Shown: positions 10,263-20,090, counted from the first letter of the stretch. The stretch: 64,000 nt of DNA from Candidatus Latescibacterota bacterium (GCA_965243025.1 CBDETY010000003.1:2720001-2784000); one strand, 5' to 3'. Translations and numbers: made by a program. The notes: a model not told the origin generated them from the sequence alone.

Positions 10263-11632
10263 TCGGCCGGGACCGGTTTCTTTCTGATGCGGGCGGCGAA
10301 GGCGCCATCGCCGATTTCGCGGCCTGGAACCGTCTGCACCCAGGCCGCGGCCCAGGGCGCTCTGAAAAAACGTTCGGCCGGTTCGAGTGCGGCGGTCGGG
10401 GTGCGTTCCAGGAAAGCTGCGACCAGATCCTCGTTTTCCTCGGATTCGAGCGAGCAGGTGCTGTAGACGAGGACGCCGCCAGGTTTCAGAACTTCATACC
10501 CCGATACGAGAATGTCGAGCTGGCGCGCGGCGTATCCCCCCAGGTCTCCCGGGCGGCGGCGCCAGCGGGCCTCGGGCAGGCGCGCCAGAACCCCGGTGCC
10601 GCTGCACGGTACGTCGAGGAGCACGCGGTCGAAACCGCCCGTCCCCGCGGCGCCCGGAAGAATGGCCGGGTTCGCCGCGTCCTGGGCGACGACGGCAACC
10701 GACTCGAGCCTCATGCGCCGGCAACTTTCCTCGACAAGCTTCAGCCTGGACGGCGCCGAGTCCGCTGCGACCAGCAATCCCCGGCCCCGCATCGCCAGGG
10801 CGATCTGCACCGACTTTCCCCCGGGAGCACTGCAGGCATCGAGCACCCTTTCCCCCGGCTGCGGGTCGAGCAGGGAAGCGGCGATGCCGGCGTTTGCATC
10901 CTGGATCCAGAACAGCCCGGCGCGAAAGGCGGGCGAGTCGAACAGTCCCTCGGCTTTCCTGACCATGTAACAGCCTTCGAAACCCGGCACCTGCCCGGGT
11001 TGAAACGCCCCCTCCGGAAGCTGCGCCGCCAAGTCGTCGGCCCGGCCCCCGTCGATCCTCGCGAACAGTGCCGGCGTGCGGTTGTTGGCCTCCAGAAGCG
11101 CTTCGGTTCGGGCTTCGCCCCAGCGTTGCAGCCAGCGCTCGACCAGCCAGCGGGGATGGGAGTGGGCAAGGGCGAGGTGCCCGGCAGGATCACTGCCGCG
11201 GTCGGGAAGGGGCAGCGACGCCGCTTCGGTCGAGGCCCTGCGCAGGACGGCGTTTACCAGTCCGGCGAGGTTTCCCCTGCCCCTGCTTTTGGCGAGCGCG
11301 ACGGCGGTGTGCACCGCCGCCCTTGCCGGCACGCGGTCGAGCCACAGCAGCTGGAACAGGCCCAGCCTGAGGAGGTTGCGGACATCCCGGGGGAGATCTT
11401 CGACAGGCTTCCTGGCGAACTGGTTGGCGGTCCAGTCGAGCCGCGCCCGCCATTTGACGACCCCGTTGACGAGCTGTCTGGCAAAGCGGCGGTCGCGGCT
11501 GTCGAGGTTGGCGGCGGCGGCCTCGAAGGCCTGTTCCAGGGCTCCCTTCCCGGCGTCGAAGGCGCACAGGACGGCAAGCGCCGCGGAGCGCCCCCCGCCT
11601 GCGGACCGGGAGGCGTCGGACCGGTGCTTCAC
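10259..11632 (-). CDS. rsmB: 16S rRNA m5C967 methyltransferase RsmB/Sun
   Basis: NusB-like N-terminus, DACSAPGGKS, DVPCSGTG, YSTCS. Confidence 0.93.
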   Translation of the reverse strand: MKHRSDASRSAGGGRSAALAVLCAFDAGKGALEQAFEAAAANLDSRDRRFARQLVNGVVKWRARLDWTANQFARKPVEDLPRDVRNLLRLGLFQLLWLDRVPARAAVHTAVALAKSRGRGNLAGLVNAVLRRASTEAASLPLPDRGSDPAGHLALAHSHPRWLVERWLQRWGEARTEALLEANNRTPALFARIDGGRADDLAAQLPEGAFQPGQVPGFEGCYMVRKAEGLFDSPAFRAGLFWIQDANAGIAASLLDPQPGERVLDACSAPGGKSVQIALAMRGRGLLVAADSAPSRLKLVEESCRRMRLESVAVVAQDAANPAILPGAAGTGGFDRVLLDVPCSGTGVLARLPEARWRRRPGDLGGYAARQLDILVSGYEVLKPGGVLVYSTCSLESEENEDLVAAFLERTPTAALEPAERFFRAPWAAAWVQTVPGREIGDGAFAARIRKKPVPAE

Positions 11633-11728
11633 GAAGGGGTTACAGGCAACATTGAGAGGGGGATTTGCGGGAAATCCGCAGGGGGGAGAGGTTGGGGAAG
11701 CGCGCGCAATCCCGGCTCCAATCTACTC

Positions 11729-11756
11729 TTGACCGGGTTCACCTCCAAAGTATATT
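11729..11756 (+). promoter_or_regulatory. Candidate sigma70-type promoter of recJ
   Basis: TTGACC-N16-TATATT about 50 nt upstream of the recJ ATG. Confidence 0.45.
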
Positions 11757-11807
11757 GCCGCCCTCCCCAGGAAAATCTGTTCTCCCCGCGAAACACCGGT
11801 ACCGGAA

Positions 11808-13607
11808 ATGCGCCAATACGCTATCTGGGACATCCACCGCGAACCTCCCTATTCGTCTGTCCGCGAAGCCCTGCTGCAGTGCCGGGGACTTGAGGGGAGC
11901 GATCTCTCGGTGGGAGCGGAGACCCTGCACGCACCCGAGCTTCTCAAGGACCTGACCCGTGCCGTCGAACGGATCTCCCGGGCAATTCGCGACAAGGAGC
12001 TGATCCTCGTCTTCGGCGACTACGACGCCGACGGCATCACGAGCACCGCTCTGCTCCTCGATTTTCTCGAATCGGTCGGGGCCGAGTGCGACTACATGCT
12101 CCCCAACCGCCACCTCGACGGATACGGGATCAGTCCGCGCGCCGTCGCTGCCGCCCTGGAACGGGAGGCCGGACTGATCATCACCGTCGACAACGGCATC
12201 TCGGCCTTCGAGGCGCTGCAACTCGCCCAGTCCCGGGATCTCGACGTCGTCGTCCTCGACCACCACCGCCAGAACGAGGAACTTCCGCCTGCCCACAGCA
12301 TCGTCAATCCCAACCGCCGCGACTGCGACTACCCCTTCAAGGGCCTTGCCGGCGTCGGGGTGGCCTTCAAGGTCGTGCAGGCGCTCTGTTCCACCTTCAT
12401 GACGCCTGAGAATCGCAGGCCCTACCTCAACCAGCTGCTCGAGTTCGTCGCCCTCGGCTCGGTCGCCGACGTCGCTCCCGTCCTCGAAGAGAACCGCGTC
12501 CTGATCCGGCGCGGGCTGAGGGCCATGCAGCAGTCCTCCCGGCCTGGAATGAAGCAACTGAAAGCGGCAGCCCGTTGCGACAACGGCCCCGTCGACACCA
12601 CCTCGGTCGGCTTCTACCTGGGACCCAGGCTCAACTCCGCCGGCCGCCTGGCCTCCCCCGATCTCTCCCTGCGGCTCCTGCGCGCCAGGGACGAAGGCAC
12701 CGCAAAATCACTGGCAGCCGAGCTCGAGGAGCTCAACAGCCGCCGCCGGGAGCTTCAGCGCGAGGGCATGCGCGAAGCGCAGAGCCTTGTCTCCGAGGAC
12801 GACCTCGAGATCGATCGCATCCTCGTCCTCCTCGGAGAGGAATGGAACCCCGGGATCATCGGCCTGATCGCCGGCGCCGTGGTCGAGAAATACAACCGCC
12901 CCGCGGTCATCGTCACCGACGCGCGCCGCGACGGGACCTACGTCGGTTCGGCGCGCAGCATCGAGGCGTACGACATCAATGCCGGAATAAGCTCCTGCGC
13001 AAAACACCTCACCAAGTACGGAGGCCACCCGGGGGCGGCGGGATTCTCCCTGCAGGGAGAGAACTTCGAGGCTTTCCGGGCCGACCTCATCAGGCACGCC
13101 AACGAGCGCCTGACCGAAGCGGACATGGCACCGAAACTTCCCGTCGACCTTCTCCTCGACCCCTCCGATATCGGCATGCGGACCCTGGGGACCCTGGCGG
13201 AGATGGAGCCGTTCGGAAGCGGCAACGAATCGCCGGTGTTCGCCGCCCTCGATCTCGAGGTAGTCGCCCGGGGACGCATGGGACAGGGGGGGGAGCACCT
13301 CCGCGCCGTCCTGAACGTCGACGGCCGTCCGACTTCGGCAGTGTGGTGGAGGAACGGGATCGTCGCGGACCAGCTTGCCCCGGGAGACCGGGTGGCCGTG
13401 GCCTTCGAGCTCAAACCCGACCTGTACGAAGGGGCGGTCACCGGAGTGCAGATCGTGGTCCGCGACATGTACCACACTCACCGCTCCCCTTCCCCCGCCC
13501 CCGGACCGGCCCCTGAATCCGCGGCGGACGGCAGCGCGGAACCAGTAGTCGAAGTAGACGTCGTCAGTACTTCGGGAGAGCCGGCGAGGGGAGACTTCGC
13601 GTTCTGA
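11808..13607 (+). CDS. recJ: Single-stranded DNA exonuclease RecJ
   Basis: GDYDADG, TVDNG, DHH, GPRLNSAGR, GSARS, GGHPGAAG. Confidence 0.95.
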   Translation: MRQYAIWDIHREPPYSSVREALLQCRGLEGSDLSVGAETLHAPELLKDLTRAVERISRAIRDKELILVFGDYDADGITSTALLLDFLESVGAECDYMLPNRHLDGYGISPRAVAAALEREAGLIITVDNGISAFEALQLAQSRDLDVVVLDHHRQNEELPPAHSIVNPNRRDCDYPFKGLAGVGVAFKVVQALCSTFMTPENRRPYLNQLLEFVALGSVADVAPVLEENRVLIRRGLRAMQQSSRPGMKQLKAAARCDNGPVDTTSVGFYLGPRLNSAGRLASPDLSLRLLRARDEGTAKSLAAELEELNSRRRELQREGMREAQSLVSEDDLEIDRILVLLGEEWNPGIIGLIAGAVVEKYNRPAVIVTDARRDGTYVGSARSIEAYDINAGISSCAKHLTKYGGHPGAAGFSLQGENFEAFRADLIRHANERLTEADMAPKLPVDLLLDPSDIGMRTLGTLAEMEPFGSGNESPVFAALDLEVVARGRMGQGGEHLRAVLNVDGRPTSAVWWRNGIVADQLAPGDRVAVAFELKPDLYEGAVTGVQIVVRDMYHTHRSPSPAPGPAPESAADGSAEPVVEVDVVSTSGEPARGDFAF

Positions 13608-13623
13608 GAAGCGGCCTCCGCCC

Positions 13624-14832
13624 ATGATCAGCTCGGACTTCACCCGGCCACTGCTGGTCCCCGAAAGCGACAGCAAGATCGTCCTGCTCGTGATCGACGG
13701 ACTCGGGGGTCTTCCCGACCCGGTCACGGGAAGGTCCGAGCTCGACTGCGCGGTGCTGCCGAACCTCGACCGCATCGCCCGCAGCGGGTCCTGCGGCGCG
13801 CTGACGCCGTTGGGACCGGGGTTCACACCGGGGAGCGGTCCCGCCCACCTGGCGCTGTTCGGCTACGACCCGTGGCGCTGGCGGATCGGGCGCGGGGCGC
13901 TGTCGGCCCTGGGAACAGGGATGGACTTCCGCCCGGGAGACCTTGCGGCGCGGCTCAATTTCTGCAGCCTCGATGCCGACGGCAGGGTGACCGACCGGCG
14001 CGCCGGGCGCATATCGACGGGCGAGTGCCGGCACCTGTGCGCGCTCCTTGAGGACATCGACGTTCCCGGCGTGGAGATCTCACTGGCTCCCGAGATGGAG
14101 TACCGGGCCGCCATCCTGTTTCGCGGCGAGGGTCTTTCCCCCCTCCTGACCGAGTCCGATCCCCAGAAGACGGGTGTTCCTCCAACGGCGGTGACCGCCC
14201 TCGAGGAGGCGGCTTCGTGGACGGCGGCCGCGGTGACAGGCTTCCTCTCCGAGGCCGAAAAGCGGCTGAAGGAGCAGTCGCCGGCAAACATGGTCCTGAT
14301 CAGGGGATTCGGCACCTTTCCCGAGATTCCGCGGTTCGGGGAGGTGTACGGACTCCGGGGGCTGGCGGTCGCCGCCTACCCGATGTACCGGGGGGTTTCC
14401 CAGGCGGTCGGCATGTCCGCGGTCCCGGGCGGAGACGACCTCTCTTCGTCGTGCGAGCTCGTGAGCCGGCATTGGGACCTTCACGACTTCTTCTTCATCC
14501 ACTTCAAGAAAACGGACAGCGCCGGGGAGGACGGCGATTTCGGCGATAAGGTCCGCCTCCTCGAAGAGGTGGACGCATCGGTGCCGCACCTGGAAGAACT
14601 CGAACCGGAGGTCTTCGCTGTCACCGGGGATCACTCCACCCCGTCGCTTGCCAAAAGCCACAGCTGGCATCCGGTTCCGGTCGCCGTTGCCAGTCGCTGG
14701 GCCCAACCTCACCTCGGGGCCGCATTCTCCGAACAGGGGTGCCGGAACGGCAGCATCGGGAACATTCCGAGCTCCAGCCTGATGGCCCTCCTCCTCGCCC
14801 ACGCCGGCAGGCTGCGAAGGTTCGGCCCCTAG
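13624..14832 (+). CDS. apgM: 2,3-bisphosphoglycerate-independent phosphoglycerate mutase (ApgM type)
   Basis: DGLGG, TPGSGPAHL, TDSAGEDG, TGDHSTP, HSWHPVP. Confidence 0.92.
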   Translation: MISSDFTRPLLVPESDSKIVLLVIDGLGGLPDPVTGRSELDCAVLPNLDRIARSGSCGALTPLGPGFTPGSGPAHLALFGYDPWRWRIGRGALSALGTGMDFRPGDLAARLNFCSLDADGRVTDRRAGRISTGECRHLCALLEDIDVPGVEISLAPEMEYRAAILFRGEGLSPLLTESDPQKTGVPPTAVTALEEAASWTAAAVTGFLSEAEKRLKEQSPANMVLIRGFGTFPEIPRFGEVYGLRGLAVAAYPMYRGVSQAVGMSAVPGGDDLSSSCELVSRHWDLHDFFFIHFKKTDSAGEDGDFGDKVRLLEEVDASVPHLEELEPEVFAVTGDHSTPSLAKSHSWHPVPVAVASRWAQPHLGAAFSEQGCRNGSIGNIPSSSLMALLLAHAGRLRRFGP

Positions 14833-14961
14833 CTCCGGGCCGGCATCCTACCCTGGCGGTTCGACCCTTTTTCCTGGCCGCCCCGGGGGTTAGCCCGCCA
14901 CCTTCACGGGCCCTATACTTCCCCGGTTCGAACACCGAGTCCACCACTGGAGCGAACGTAC

Positions 14962-15804
14962 ATGATTCACCCGGTGCGCATCGCCCACCGCGGAGCATCC
15001 GGTTCGGCTCCGGAAAACACCGCCGCCGCCTTCGAGCGCGCCATCCAGATCGGGGTGGACGCGATCGAGGTCGACGTTCACGGGACCAGCGACGGCCGGG
15101 TTGTGGTCATCCACGACCCGACACTCGACCGGACCACCGACCGCTGCGGCTGGGTTCGGGAACAGACGCTCGAGCAGATTCGCCATGCGGACGCCGGAGC
15201 CTGGTTCGGCCGCCAGTTCAGGGGAGAGCAGGTCCCCCTGCTGGAAGAGGCGATCGAGACGACCCGCCACCGCGCCCTCCTGCTCGTTGAAATCAAGGGG
15301 GAGTTCCTCGCCGAGAAGGTGCTGCAGATCGTCGGCGAAACGGACGCGGCGGACCAGGTCGTCATCCAGTCCTTCAACCCGGAGACGATCCGCCGCGTCA
15401 AGCTCCTCGATGCCGGCATTCCCACCGCCCTCCTGATCGGAAAGCTGCCGGCTGCTCCCTCGAGGGTCAGGGCGCGAAGGTTGGTGAAACAGGTTCTGGA
15501 GGTCGGGGCCAACGCCCTGGCCATCTGGCACACCACCCTCACACCCTCCTTCTTCGAGGAGACGCGCAAACGGGCGGTTTCGGTGTGGGCCTGGACGGTG
15601 GACGAGGAACTGGTGATGCGCGACATGGTGCAGATGGGGGTGCAGGGGATTATCACCAACCACCCGGAGAGGCTGAACGGCATTCTCGAGGACCTCGAGG
15701 AGGCAGGTCTCATCCAGACGCCGCTGGGTCGGCGGCAGCGCCTCAAACCGACCCGCTGGGGACGCCGGCGGCGTCTCAGAAAGCTGGGCAAATCCCGGTC
15801 CTGA
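14962..15804 (+). CDS. Glycerophosphodiester phosphodiesterase
   Basis: AHRGAS..APENT, EVDV, HDPTLDRTT, EIK, WTVD, IITNHP. Confidence 0.92.
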   Translation: MIHPVRIAHRGASGSAPENTAAAFERAIQIGVDAIEVDVHGTSDGRVVVIHDPTLDRTTDRCGWVREQTLEQIRHADAGAWFGRQFRGEQVPLLEEAIETTRHRALLLVEIKGEFLAEKVLQIVGETDAADQVVIQSFNPETIRRVKLLDAGIPTALLIGKLPAAPSRVRARRLVKQVLEVGANALAIWHTTLTPSFFEETRKRAVSVWAWTVDEELVMRDMVQMGVQGIITNHPERLNGILEDLEEAGLIQTPLGRRQRLKPTRWGRRRRLRKLGKSRS

Positions 15805-15903
15805 CCCATGTTCCCCCGGTCCATGGACACCATTCGCCGCGGCCGCCCTCGGACAGGTCGCCCCGGGCGGGCAACCAGGCGCCGGGGAAAGGCCTGAACT
15901 TCG

Positions 15904-16116
15904 GTGACAACGACGCTCTACCTGCTGTTCGCATGTCTGCTCCTGGTGGTCATCGCCGTTCGCTTCTTCGGCAAACGCCGGCAGCGATGCCCCCAGTGTT
16001 TCAGTCCCAGGGAGGGAGATCACCCGCTGTGCCGGGAGTGCGGCTGGATATACGATGACGATTCCTCCGAAGACGACGACTACGGGGAGCTCGAGGAGAC
16101 TGAAAACCAGCCGTGA
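15904..16116 (+). CDS. Small membrane-anchored zinc-ribbon protein with acidic tail
   Basis: N-terminal TM, CPQC...CREC, tail DDDSSEDDDYGELEETENQP. Confidence 0.7.
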   Translation: MTTTLYLLFACLLLVVIAVRFFGKRRQRCPQCFSPREGDHPLCRECGWIYDDDSSEDDDYGELEETENQP

Positions 16117-16177
16117 CCGGGCCTGACCGGGAGGCGGGATCCTCTTGGGGGCCCAGGCTTTGCCGACAGGTTTCTGC

Positions 16178-16206
16178 TTGACAACCGCAAGGTCAAATTT
16201 TAGTTT
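16178..16206 (+). promoter_or_regulatory. Sigma70-type promoter of the lipoprotein gene
   Basis: TTGACA-N17-TAGTTT in an AT-rich patch; GGAGGAGG RBS before ATG 16275; also TTGAC-N9-GTCAA inverted repeat. Confidence 0.6.
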
Positions 16207-16274
16207 GTTTTTACTCTATTTACGCCACTTTCAGGTTCGCTGAGCGGACCTGCCAAGCAGGGTCGGAGGAGGTT

Positions 16275-16907
16275 ATGAAAACGCGGGTATCTTCGTTGCT
16301 TGCAGTGCTTCTCGCCGTCGGACTGACACTTGGTTGCGGTGGCGACCCCCCCAAGGCGGATCTCGACGCCGCCAGTCAGGCCCTGCAAGCCGCCAGGGAT
16401 GCGGGGGCCGAAAAGTACGCCGGCGGCGAACTGGCCTCCGCCCAGCGAACCTTCGACGATGCCAAGACCGCCTACGACGCCGAAGCCGAGAAGTGGTTCA
16501 AGAACTGGGACAAGGTGGTCAAGCCCGGACTCGCCGACGCCACGAACAAGGCGAACGCCGCCGCCGCCTCGGCAACCGAGGCCAAGAACGCTGCCCGGAG
16601 CGCTGCTGAAGCGGCCATAGCCGGGGCTGCCGCCGCAGTCGAGGAAACGCGGGCGAGCCTGGACGCCGCTCCCGCGGGCAAGGGGACCGAAGTTGACATC
16701 GAGCAGCTGAGAACCGATCTCGGTGGTGCCGATTCAGATCTCGCTGCCGCGCGCGCCGCGGTCGAAGGTGAAGAGTTCGAGGAGGCCACTGCAAAGGCGA
16801 ACAGCGCCATGAGCACCGCCGAAGCGGTCGCCGGCGGAGTCGAGCAAGCCGTCGCCAGGTACCACGAGCTCGTCGAGAAGAACACACCCTGGTATCTCAA
16901 GATGTAG
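16275..16907 (+). CDS. Ala-rich helical lipoprotein (DUF4398-like)
   Basis: Lipobox LTLG-C; A..AGAEKYA..EL..A pattern; coiled-coil composition. Confidence 0.75.
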   Translation: MKTRVSSLLAVLLAVGLTLGCGGDPPKADLDAASQALQAARDAGAEKYAGGELASAQRTFDDAKTAYDAEAEKWFKNWDKVVKPGLADATNKANAAAASATEAKNAARSAAEAAIAGAAAAVEETRASLDAAPAGKGTEVDIEQLRTDLGGADSDLAAARAAVEGEEFEEATAKANSAMSTAEAVAGGVEQAVARYHELVEKNTPWYLKM

Positions 16908-16931
16908 GGACAGTCGACACGATCTGCCCAG

Positions 16932-16964
16932 AGGCCGGGGAGGGATTCCTCCCCGGCCTTTCTT
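16932..16964 (+). terminator. Rho-independent terminator
   Basis: Stem AGGCCGGGGAGG / CCTCCCCGGCCT with GATT loop, followed by TTCTT. Confidence 0.75.
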
Positions 16965-16978
16965 GTTCAGGTTCCTCA

Positions 16979-17587
16979 ATGTCTCGCTTACCCGTGGTTT
17001 CCCGCCTCCCCGTTCCCGGCCTCCTGGCAGCGGCAACCATTCTCGGCTTCCTGCCCCATCAGGCGGCGCCGGAAAGCCTGAAGGATTTGAGAAAGCGGCA
17101 GGCCGTTCTCCTGCACCAGCTCTCCAAGCGGGAGCCTGAGGCGCCGTACCTCGTCGTCGATACTCACGACAACCGCCTGCTGCTGCGTTCCCGGGGGCAC
17201 GAGATCATGCGCAGTGCCGTCTGCGCAACGGGTGCGGCCCGCAAGTTCGAAGGGGCCAAGGCGAGGTACCGTTGGAATTTCGCCACTCCCAGCGGGCGCT
17301 TCTCCATCTTGCGCAAGGAACGCGACCCGATCTGGACCAAACCTGAGTGGGCGTTTGTCGAATCCAACGAGTCGGTGCCGGTTTTCGCGGAGGACCGCCG
17401 GCGCTTCCAACGAGGGGTGCTCGGAGAATACGCCCTGTATTTCGCCAGGGACTACATGATCCACGGCACCCTGTACGAAACCAACCTCGGCAGAAACATC
17501 ACCCACGGCTGCGTGCGGGTCGGTGCGGAAGATCTGTCCTACCTGTTCGAAAACGTCGAGCTCGGGACCCAGGTCTTCATCTACTGA
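16979..17587 (+). CDS. L,D-transpeptidase (YkuD family)
   Basis: TPSG, PIWTKPEW, catalytic IHGT...THGCVRV. Confidence 0.9.
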   Translation: MSRLPVVSRLPVPGLLAAATILGFLPHQAAPESLKDLRKRQAVLLHQLSKREPEAPYLVVDTHDNRLLLRSRGHEIMRSAVCATGAARKFEGAKARYRWNFATPSGRFSILRKERDPIWTKPEWAFVESNESVPVFAEDRRRFQRGVLGEYALYFARDYMIHGTLYETNLGRNITHGCVRVGAEDLSYLFENVELGTQVFIY

Positions 17588-17626
17588 CCCGTTTTCCACC
17601 TCTTCGGAAACCCTCCTGAACCGACC

Positions 17627-18580
17627 GTGATCGGGTTGTGGCTCGAGGAGCAAAAGCTCACCCTGCGCAACGATCTCCCGAGGCCCGACCCCGGCCCGGG
17701 TGAGAGCCTGGTCCGGGTCCTCGTCGCCGGCATCTGCAACACCGACATCGAGCTGACCAGGGGCTACTACCCATTCCGCGGCGTACCTGGCCACGAGTTC
17801 GTCGGGGTCGTCGAGTCCGGTCCCCTTGAAGGGAAACGGGTGGTCGGCGAGATAAACGCCGCCTGTGAGGCATGCTGCCGCTGCCGTTCCGGCATGCGGG
17901 CCCACTGCGGCAACCGCACCGTTCTGGGGATCGCCGGCCGCGACGGCGCCTTCGCCGAACACCTCGTGCTGCCCTCGCGGAACCTGCACGCGGTCCCGGA
18001 AACGGTCGACTCCTCGGCGGCGGTCTTCACCGAGCCCCTGGCTGCGGCCCTGCAGATCCAGGAACAGGTACGGGTCGCAGAGGACGACCGGGTGCTGGTG
18101 GTGGGGGACGGCAAGCTCGGACAGCTCATCGCCCAGACGCTTGCCCTGGCCCGGTGCCGCCTGTTCGTCGCGGGACGTCACGAAAACAAGCTCGAGCTGC
18201 TGCGCCGGCGCGGCATCGCCACGGTAACTGCCGGGGAGGTGGAAGAGGGCAGCTTCGACCTGTCCGTCGAATGCACCGGCTCTCCCGGGGGGTTCGAACT
18301 CGCCCGCTCCGCCCTCCGGCCGCGCGGGACCCTGGTGATGAAAAGCACCTATGCCGGCCGCCTCGACCTCGACGCCGCCCCGGTGGTCGTGGACGAGCTG
18401 ACGATCCTCGGTTCGCGCTGCGGTCCCTTTGCACCCGCGGTCGACCTGTTGGCCTCGGGAGCGGTCGATGTCGCGCCCCTGGTCAGCGGCCGCCTCCCCA
18501 TCGCCGACGGGCTGGAGGCATTCGAGCGGGCGACCCGGCGCGGTACCCTGAAAATCCTCCTCGATATCGCCGGAGGCTGA
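17627..18580 (+). CDS. Zinc-dependent alcohol dehydrogenase (MDR family)
   Basis: GICNTD, GHEFVG, structural Cys cluster, GDGKLG. Confidence 0.9.
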   Translation: MIGLWLEEQKLTLRNDLPRPDPGPGESLVRVLVAGICNTDIELTRGYYPFRGVPGHEFVGVVESGPLEGKRVVGEINAACEACCRCRSGMRAHCGNRTVLGIAGRDGAFAEHLVLPSRNLHAVPETVDSSAAVFTEPLAAALQIQEQVRVAEDDRVLVVGDGKLGQLIAQTLALARCRLFVAGRHENKLELLRRRGIATVTAGEVEEGSFDLSVECTGSPGGFELARSALRPRGTLVMKSTYAGRLDLDAAPVVVDELTILGSRCGPFAPAVDLLASGAVDVAPLVSGRLPIADGLEAFERATRRGTLKILLDIAGG

Positions 18581-18584
18581 TCCC

Positions 18585-19526
18585 GTGCGCTATCGCTTTC
18601 TGGGCCGCACCGGGTTGCGGGTCTCGCTCCTCAGCCTGGGAACGGGCGGCCCGAGCCAGTTCGGCCAGGCCTCCGGCGTCGGGGAGGAGGCCGCGGCCCG
18701 CATGCTGCGCAGGGCCCTGGAGCTCGGGGTCAACTTCATCGACTCGTCTTCGCAATACGGCGACAGCGAGTCCCTCCTCGGCAGGATGCTCGCCGACGTG
18801 CCCCGCGACCAGTACCTGATCGCGACGAAGTTTCCCTCGGCGATCGACGGACGGGTGCCGTCGGGTGCTGAAGTGACTGCGTCGGTGGAGAGCAGTCTCG
18901 AGCGGCTCGGGGTCGACGCCATCGACCTGCTGCAGTTCCACGGCGTGATCCCGGAGCTGTTCGACGAGGTCATGGAAACCCAGCTGCCAACCGCCACCCG
19001 CCTGCTCGAGCAGGGCAAGTGCCGCTTCCTCGGCATGTCGGAGAACTACAGCAGGGACCACCACCACGAAGCCGTCCGGCGAGGTCTCGAGGTCGAAGCC
19101 ATCGACGCGATGATGATCGCCTACAGCATCCTCAGTCCCTCGGCCGGGGAGCTCGCCTTCGACAGCTGCCTCGAACGGAATGTCGGGGTCATCGACATGG
19201 TGGCGGTCCGTCGCGGCCTCAGCCGTCCGGACCACCTGCGCCCGCGCATCCGGGACGCGGTGGAACGGGGCGTAATCGACTCCGGTTCCGTCGATCTGGG
19301 CGATCCCCTCGGATGGCTCCTCGGGGGGGACGTTCCGTCCCTGCCGGCTGCGGGGTACAAGTTCGCCGCCTCGCATCCGGCGGTGTCGACGGTTCTCACC
19401 GGGACCGCGAACATCCGCCACCTCGAGGCCAACGCCGCAGCCGTAAACGGCCCCCCGCTGGATGCCGAAGCGATGGCGCGAATCGGCCGGATTTTCGGCC
19501 GCGTTCGCGAGAATCTCGGGGATTGA
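18585..19526 (+). CDS. Aldo/keto reductase
   Basis: LGRTGLRVS, FIDSSSQYG.SE, IATK, SLERLGVDAIDLLQFH. Confidence 0.9.
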   Translation: MRYRFLGRTGLRVSLLSLGTGGPSQFGQASGVGEEAAARMLRRALELGVNFIDSSSQYGDSESLLGRMLADVPRDQYLIATKFPSAIDGRVPSGAEVTASVESSLERLGVDAIDLLQFHGVIPELFDEVMETQLPTATRLLEQGKCRFLGMSENYSRDHHHEAVRRGLEVEAIDAMMIAYSILSPSAGELAFDSCLERNVGVIDMVAVRRGLSRPDHLRPRIRDAVERGVIDSGSVDLGDPLGWLLGGDVPSLPAAGYKFAASHPAVSTVLTGTANIRHLEANAAAVNGPPLDAEAMARIGRIFGRVRENLGD

Positions 19527-19532
19527 TCCCGC

Positions 19533-20090
19533 ATGAAGGACTTCCTGATGTCCGCGGCGATCGCCTCCGCGGCGGTGCTGCCGTTGCCAGCCTCGGACAC
19601 GCCCCCCGAGATCGCGGAACTCGAAGCGATCAACAGCGCCCTGCAGGCCTGGGTGCGGGCGATCGATGCCGGCGAGCCCTATCTCCTGCTCGATGTCGAG
19701 GCTGAGGAATTGCGGCTGATGCAGCAGAAGGCCCTGCTGCGCAGCTGCCCGGCGGACGCAGACTCCCTCACCGGAGACGGCGGGGAGCGGGAGGTGCTGG
19801 AGAAGATCCGGCGTTACTGGCGCGCCCCGGGAGGCGGCGGGAACTCCCAGCCCCTCGATTGGGAGGACTACCTCGCCGAGGACGGCGACAGGGACTGCGC
19901 CGTGTGGCTTTCGGGTGGCCTGCTGATCTACGCAGCCCCGGAATGGGGGGTGGTCCGGGCTCCTGGCGTGCGTCTGAACGAAGGGGACATCCGCGCCCTC
20001 TACAACGCCGCCCGGCCGGGGATGCGGCTGATCGTGCTGCCGCGCGGATGGAACCCCCGAGCCGACGGCCCGGCTTCCCATGTCCGGTGA
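19533..20090 (+). CDS. Exported YkuD-fold-like protein lacking the catalytic His/Cys
   Basis: Aligns by eye with the LDT at 16979 (PYLLLD...LLRS; VRL...D...LY....GM.L.V) but has IYAA/APGVRL in place of IHGT/HGCVRV. Confidence 0.55.
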   Translation: MKDFLMSAAIASAAVLPLPASDTPPEIAELEAINSALQAWVRAIDAGEPYLLLDVEAEELRLMQQKALLRSCPADADSLTGDGGEREVLEKIRRYWRAPGGGGNSQPLDWEDYLAEDGDRDCAVWLSGGLLIYAAPEWGVVRAPGVRLNEGDIRALYNAARPGMRLIVLPRGWNPRADGPASHVR

